Assembly (NCBI GenBank): GCA_965224085.1
Contig: CBDCYI010000009.1
Coordinates: 352,001-416,000, forward strand
DNA length: 64,000 bases
Direction: 5' to 3'
From: Candidatus Marinacidobacterales bacterium
GTDB taxonomy: Bacteria > Acidobacteriota > Vicinamibacteria > Marinacidobacterales > SMYC01
Made by a program: the position numbers and the translations under genes. Below, in pieces: positions 59,100 to 64,000 of the stretch (the stretch's first letter is position 1; each line of letters begins with the position of its first letter). Below the pieces are notes generated by a model. The model was not told the DNA's origin. It worked only from the letters and a program-made list of their open reading frames with translations, and did not search any database.

Positions 59100-59458
59100 T
59101 GGACGGTGCCGCCAAGATGTCGAGCTCCACATTTCGGTGGCACCCTCCGCGCTGTCGCTTTCATCTTCAAACAGAAAGTCATTCGAAAAATTATGGATCA
59201 TCCGAAAACGTCCAAGACCCACTCCCGAGCTCCTCCTCAGCCTTAGCTTCGGCCTCTCAATTTCTTTTCCCCTGTGCGATTTCTCTCGCAACGCGACGCC
59301 ATACCTGTGTCTTCCCCGCTTGAACTCCCTCCCCTTCACCACCTTGTCTTGCTACGTACCTTTTGCTAACGTCACCGACATTTAATGACGTGACGCCACG
59401 TCGGCCATACTGGAGAAATCCAAGAAAACGCCTCGAGGAGGTTTTGGAATTCCCTATC
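59100..59458 (+). mobile_element. Possible IS91-like 3' remnant
   Basis: GGTLRAVAFI....VIRKI.DH...RAPP tail and a downstream GGAATTCCCTATC resembling an oriIS end. Confidence 0.45.
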
Positions 59459-59477
59459 CTTTCATCGAGAGGAGAAG

Positions 59478-60950
59478 ATGATGATGCTTCGAGCGATGTT
59501 TATCTTGATTTCTGTGACGCTCTCGTCCGCTTTCGCCAATGCGCAGCTGGGGGTGCATACGTCGAAGACCGGCGGGGAAGTTCTTCGTCTGATCCGAAAG
59601 GACAAGCTCGATCTCATTCTGCCGGGGGCCATGCGCGACAATGGCGTGGACATGTGGATTCATGTCACGCGTCACGGAGATCCCGATCCTATGGCTCAGT
59701 ACTTCGGAACAACCTACGGGTACTTGGTTTTTACCGACGTCGGCGACAAGATCGAGCGGGCTGCGTTTGGTGCAGCGGGAGCCGTCGAGAATATCGATGT
59801 ACGCGGCTCTGACGCTTTCGCGCGGGCTATTTCCAGTTATGACCGCGGATATCGCATGGCGTTCGGCTATGGCGATGAAGTCTACGACGAATTCAGAGAG
59901 TTCGTTGCTGAACGTGATCCAAAAACAATCGCAGTCAATACATCGGATTGGCTCGCCGAGGCAGATGGAATTTCACATTCTTCCTATCTGAAACTGGTAA
60001 AAACTCTAGGCCCCAAATATTCCGAGAGAATCGTGTCTGCAGAGAATGTCATTACAGACTTCGTGGTGCGAAGAACGCTCCAGGAGGTGACAGCACAGGC
60101 CAATACATTGGAAATAGCTCGTCAGATCCATGCTGAGGCTCTATCTCGTATCGAGCCGGGTGTAACGACGATAAGGGACATAACCTGGTGGGCCAAGGAG
60201 GAAGCATACAAGCGACATTTGGCGGGATACAGTACGTGGTCCCGAGGTGGAATCCGGGTCTACTACTCAGCATTGTCCGAACGCCCCCCCTATCCACCTG
60301 ACGCACGATATTGGATCTGGCACGGAGACTACGTTTTTCAGCGCGGCGATTTTTTCGCCTTTAATGTTGGCGTCAACTATATGGGCTTTGGGACGGACAC
60401 GAAGACGCACGCGTACATTCTGAGAGAAGGGGAAACGAGTGTTCCCGAGAGCATCCAGCGCCTCTTTGATCTGGCGGTCGCAGGCCAATGGATCATGCGG
60501 GATCACATGAAAGTCGGTATGACCGCGAAGGAGTCTCTCGACGCTATGGTTTCAGCAATGGAACAGGCGGGCTACATCTATACGCCCTTTGTCAATTCGG
60601 GGATCCAAGGAACGGGGCGCACCGCTGACGGCAAAGGAAATATCGACTACGTGATGATACAAAAGGCGCTCGCTAATACCGATGAGCCAGGATTCGCAAT
60701 CGATAATCATGCCTTCGGTAGTGTTGGCACCGGCACGCTCGGGCCCTCGATGACGAATTTTCGGGCAGACAGGCATCATTTGTTGATTCAAGAGAATCAT
60801 ATGTTTGCTTTCGAATACATGGTCCATATGAACATTCCCGAAAGGCCCGGGTTTCCGCTCGCCATTAATATTTCGAATCCTCAAATCGTAACCAGCCGAG
60901 GAGTTGAATGGCTCCAGCCTCCAAATGAGAGAATCGTGCTGATTCATTGA
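59478..60950 (+). CDS. M24 (Xaa-Pro peptidase-like) family protein, secreted
   Basis: LPGAMRDNGVDMWI, ERDPKTIAVN, ADGISH, IEPGVTT, QRGD, TD...AYILREGE. Confidence 0.82.
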   Translation: MMMLRAMFILISVTLSSAFANAQLGVHTSKTGGEVLRLIRKDKLDLILPGAMRDNGVDMWIHVTRHGDPDPMAQYFGTTYGYLVFTDVGDKIERAAFGAAGAVENIDVRGSDAFARAISSYDRGYRMAFGYGDEVYDEFREFVAERDPKTIAVNTSDWLAEADGISHSSYLKLVKTLGPKYSERIVSAENVITDFVVRRTLQEVTAQANTLEIARQIHAEALSRIEPGVTTIRDITWWAKEEAYKRHLAGYSTWSRGGIRVYYSALSERPPYPPDARYWIWHGDYVFQRGDFFAFNVGVNYMGFGTDTKTHAYILREGETSVPESIQRLFDLAVAGQWIMRDHMKVGMTAKESLDAMVSAMEQAGYIYTPFVNSGIQGTGRTADGKGNIDYVMIQKALANTDEPGFAIDNHAFGSVGTGTLGPSMTNFRADRHHLLIQENHMFAFEYMVHMNIPERPGFPLAINISNPQIVTSRGVEWLQPPNERIVLIH

Positions 60951-60954
60951 CTTC

Positions 60955-61206
60955 ATCGGGTACCCCGATCTGGCGCCACGGGTATCCGACTGGCTTAAAG
61001 CCGAGGGAAAGGGTCAGTTTTGATGCATCTCGCTCTTCCAGCGTGTCCAGAGAAAGAAAGACGTCTCTCTGCTTCTCAGTAATGATGTAGACCACCTCTT
61101 GCTCGAGCCACTTGAGACGTTCGGCAGACAGCTTGTCCAGCCGTTCATCACCAAACGCGTTAACTGCGAGGGAGATGATAACGGTCATCAATGCGTTCCG
61201 TTTCAT
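60955..61206 (-). pseudogene. GWxTD domain protein remnant (N-terminus joined to a distal fragment)
   Basis: Signal peptide, then KWLEQEVVYIIT..QR.VFL.L.T.EERD; AGGAGG RBS. Confidence 0.65.
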
Positions 61207-61342
61207 CAACCACCTCCTGGAGAAAGTTCGTAAGCCGCCGCGACTGCCTTCGAGCTTAGTCGTAAGCCGATTCGCGTTCAAGTGAGACCGTACGACGCCC
61301 TGGTCCTTCGAAGACCCCTCGAAAGGCAAGGAACCGACGCTG

Positions 61343-63883
61343 TTAGGGAGGGTCGTTCGAATCCTGAGCGAGTTCGGCGAAGGCCTGCCGACCCCGGCGC
61401 CAGAGTTGGACGACTTCTTCTTTTTGCGCTGGACTATCGAAAGCTTGGGAGGCTTCCAGCAGCTCCAGCACCCGCTCGGTCCACTTCAGAAAATAGCGGG
61501 CATCCTCCAGCGAACTCGGCGCCTGGTTGCCTTTGGTAACGTACACTGGGTTCGTATGGGCGTACACATAACTATCCATGAGCAGGTGCAGCTCCTCCGG
61601 CCCGGTCACCCGGGCCGCCACCCACCCGCTGCGGGCGATCGGCACGGTGGTATTGACTTTGATGTGGTACGGATCTTCCGGCTTCTTCGAAAAAACAACA
61701 TCACCGTTCACGATAATGTCCAGAGTATCCATGGGGAAGATGGAGCTTGCTTCCGCCTCCACCTGCAGCTGGCCGGGATCCCGACCCGGCATGCGCAGCT
61801 CGTCACCCGGCTCCCGCCCCTCCACACGCAACAACAGTAAAGGCCCGTTGGTAACGAACGAGCGCCCCAAGGTCAGGCCGCGGATCCAGTTTCCATAGTC
61901 CAGCGGAGAGCCCGATTTCACATACACCCGCGTGGTACCGATCGCGGGGGCACGCCAATAGTTCGTCATCGCGTCGGTGCCGGCAGAGGCGGGAACCCGG
62001 AAGCCCAAGTTGAGCACTCGATACCAAACGTCCGCCGAGACGTACTCGTCGCTCCAAATGCACATGACGTCGTAGTAGTCGATGTTACCCAGGGCAGCGT
62101 TGACGGGAAACTCTCGTGCCCCGCGGTAGTCGTTCTCGGAAGGATCCTGGTTGCGGCTGAGAAAGGGATGCACGTAGCCGGCAACGCCCCCCTGGGCGTG
62201 TGCGGCGTCCAGCACCTGTGAGTTTGTGGGGTAATGGGCGGCCACCGATGTGCCCTGGTAGCCATCGAATTGAGGGAAGAAAAACTCCTTTAGATTCAGC
62301 AGGGCCATATGGCCGGCAAAGCTGGGGCGATACTCCTCGTTGAAATAAAGCAACCGATTCGGCTTCGAGAGGGCGTTCAGCTTGCCTTCGAAATACTTTA
62401 GATCGTGTATGCGGGTTCCCCACTGATTGGCCACCAGGTCGTTGATGACGTGAAGATCCTCCGCATCGGCCTCGAGCAGCAGCGATTGGGGAGTCGCTTC
62501 GAAGATGCCCCCATAATTCATGTGGATATGGTTGTCGCCGGAGTACCAACCTCGCGCCGGCAGATCGATGAACCGCTCCAGCGTGAGCTCCAGCTCCTCA
62601 GTTTCGCCCGGCGCGATGTTCACCTGCTTTGTTTGAGGCCGGTACTCGAAGCCTTTGGTGACCTCCACCGTGACTTCTCCCACCGGTAGATCCACGGCGA
62701 AGCTCCCCTCGGTATGAAAGTAGTGATCGTCCGTGACCACGACCATTCGGTGAAAGTCAGCCAAAGGTGTATACGACTTCCCGTCAGCCGCTTTCAGGTA
62801 CACGCGGGCTTGGGTCTCGTCGCCGGTAGCCGCGTCCCGGACCACGACCTTTAGGCGACCCACCGGATACCGGTGCTTCAGGCCGGAGATCCCGACTTCG
62901 GACGGCATGCCGCCCACGCTAGCGATGGTCCAAAGAGTGAACTTGCCCCCCGAGTTCGAGATGTAAGCGAGTTTCCGACTGTCGGGTGACCAGGCAGGGG
63001 TGAAGACTTCGCCGTCCACAAAGGTGAGCCGCAAGGGGTTACCGTCGGTCGCCGACATTACCCACAACTGATTGTGCCCGCTACGGAATGACGCGTAGGC
63101 AACTTTGAGACCGTCCGGCGACCAGGCCGGGCGGGCGTGCCAGACCGTCTCCTCGGGCAGCAGTATCGTGGGGTGCTCGGCGCCGGAACGATACTTCCAG
63201 ATTCCGCCCGTGCCTTGGATCGGCCGGCCGTTCCAGGGCCGGTTGCTGACGAAAACGACCTCGTCGCCGTCGGGCGACCAGCTCGCGGTGATGTTTTGAT
63301 ACGCGTCTGCCAGCACGGGTTGAACCGTCCCCTCTTTGACCGATATGGACCAGAGTCCGAGCGCCTCGCCTTTGTCCATCGACTCGTAGAGAATGGTTCT
63401 TCCATCCGGAGACCAGCGGGGGTTGACGCTGAACGCAATGCTCTTGGTGAGCTGGCGAGGACTGGCTCCATCGGCACCGACCACCCATATGTCAATCACT
63501 TGACCGGTGTCGCGAGTGAATGCGATCTGTCCGCCGTCGGGCGACCAATCCGGCTCGGAGTCATAGTGGGGTCCCGACGTGAGCTGCACCGCCTCTCCCC
63601 CCTGGGCGAGGATCTTCCAGAGACTCCCTTGCATGGCGAACACGATCTCCCGTCCATCCGGAGACCAGGCCGGCGACCAAGGCCCCGTAGTCACCGGCGG
63701 CAGGTACATGCTCTCCATATACATCCCTCCACCGCCGCCAAAGATGTGACGGTAGGCGAGCGGAATCTGCGGAGCGTGCGCAAACAGCGGCACCGCGGAA
63801 AGCATGCAAGTCAAGGTCAACAAGGTCAACCAGAACAGGGCTGTAGCTGAGCGCTTGCGAGCGAAAGGTTGCATCATCATCAC
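61343..63883 (-). CDS. PD40/TolB propeller fused to a CehA/McbA-like (PHP-fold) metallohydrolase
   Basis: Several P.WSPDG repeats; GWYSGDNHIH, NEEYR, GH, YVHP, SAGTD, GRSFVTNGP, AHTNPVY. Confidence 0.88.
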   Translation of the reverse strand: MMMMQPFARKRSATALFWLTLLTLTCMLSAVPLFAHAPQIPLAYRHIFGGGGGMYMESMYLPPVTTGPWSPAWSPDGREIVFAMQGSLWKILAQGGEAVQLTSGPHYDSEPDWSPDGGQIAFTRDTGQVIDIWVVGADGASPRQLTKSIAFSVNPRWSPDGRTILYESMDKGEALGLWSISVKEGTVQPVLADAYQNITASWSPDGDEVVFVSNRPWNGRPIQGTGGIWKYRSGAEHPTILLPEETVWHARPAWSPDGLKVAYASFRSGHNQLWVMSATDGNPLRLTFVDGEVFTPAWSPDSRKLAYISNSGGKFTLWTIASVGGMPSEVGISGLKHRYPVGRLKVVVRDAATGDETQARVYLKAADGKSYTPLADFHRMVVVTDDHYFHTEGSFAVDLPVGEVTVEVTKGFEYRPQTKQVNIAPGETEELELTLERFIDLPARGWYSGDNHIHMNYGGIFEATPQSLLLEADAEDLHVINDLVANQWGTRIHDLKYFEGKLNALSKPNRLLYFNEEYRPSFAGHMALLNLKEFFFPQFDGYQGTSVAAHYPTNSQVLDAAHAQGGVAGYVHPFLSRNQDPSENDYRGAREFPVNAALGNIDYYDVMCIWSDEYVSADVWYRVLNLGFRVPASAGTDAMTNYWRAPAIGTTRVYVKSGSPLDYGNWIRGLTLGRSFVTNGPLLLLRVEGREPGDELRMPGRDPGQLQVEAEASSIFPMDTLDIIVNGDVVFSKKPEDPYHIKVNTTVPIARSGWVAARVTGPEELHLLMDSYVYAHTNPVYVTKGNQAPSSLEDARYFLKWTERVLELLEASQAFDSPAQKEEVVQLWRRGRQAFAELAQDSNDPP

Positions 63884-64000
63884 TCCTCCTCATCGCCGGG
63901 CTGTGTACGAGCGGAGGGCCAGCCGTGCGGCTCAGTCTATTTACTGGATGTCGGAGACGCCATGGCCGGGCCGCCCTTGTACACTTTGCCGTCCTTGACG

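Noticed and set aside
1-64000. CRISPR array, cas genes, tRNA or rRNA
   Set aside because: No regularly spaced short repeats or recognisable structural RNA genes were seen by eye.

Overview
High-GC bacterial chromosome segment. Gene content (S9/M28/M24 peptidases, PD40/TolB propellers, PadR, GWxTD fragment, DUF4159) suggests Acidobacteriota; this is inference. The left 38 kb holds housekeeping and peptide-scavenging genes mixed with many gene scraps and frameshifts. It also carries two tandem AbiE type IV toxin-antitoxin modules, each with its own palindromic operator, and an inactive IS200. A small ORF at 12577 reads through an in-frame UGA that is followed by a SECIS-like hairpin, making it a candidate unannotated selenoprotein. 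An RRM gene appears to start at ATT. At 38-44 kb there is a nest of mobile elements: an IS5, an IS256 remnant, and a group II intron inserted in the IS256 terminal repeat, with a second group II intron inserted inside it. EBS1/IBS1 pairing is visible for both introns. At 44-58 kb is an accessory catabolic island: three tandem, locally diversified DUF885 genes, a TAXI-TRAP transporter, an M20 hydrolase, an enolase-superfamily racemase, a tautomerase and two unknown secreted proteins with internal repeats. No rRNA, tRNA or CRISPR array was seen. All family calls come from motif recognition by eye; no database was searched.
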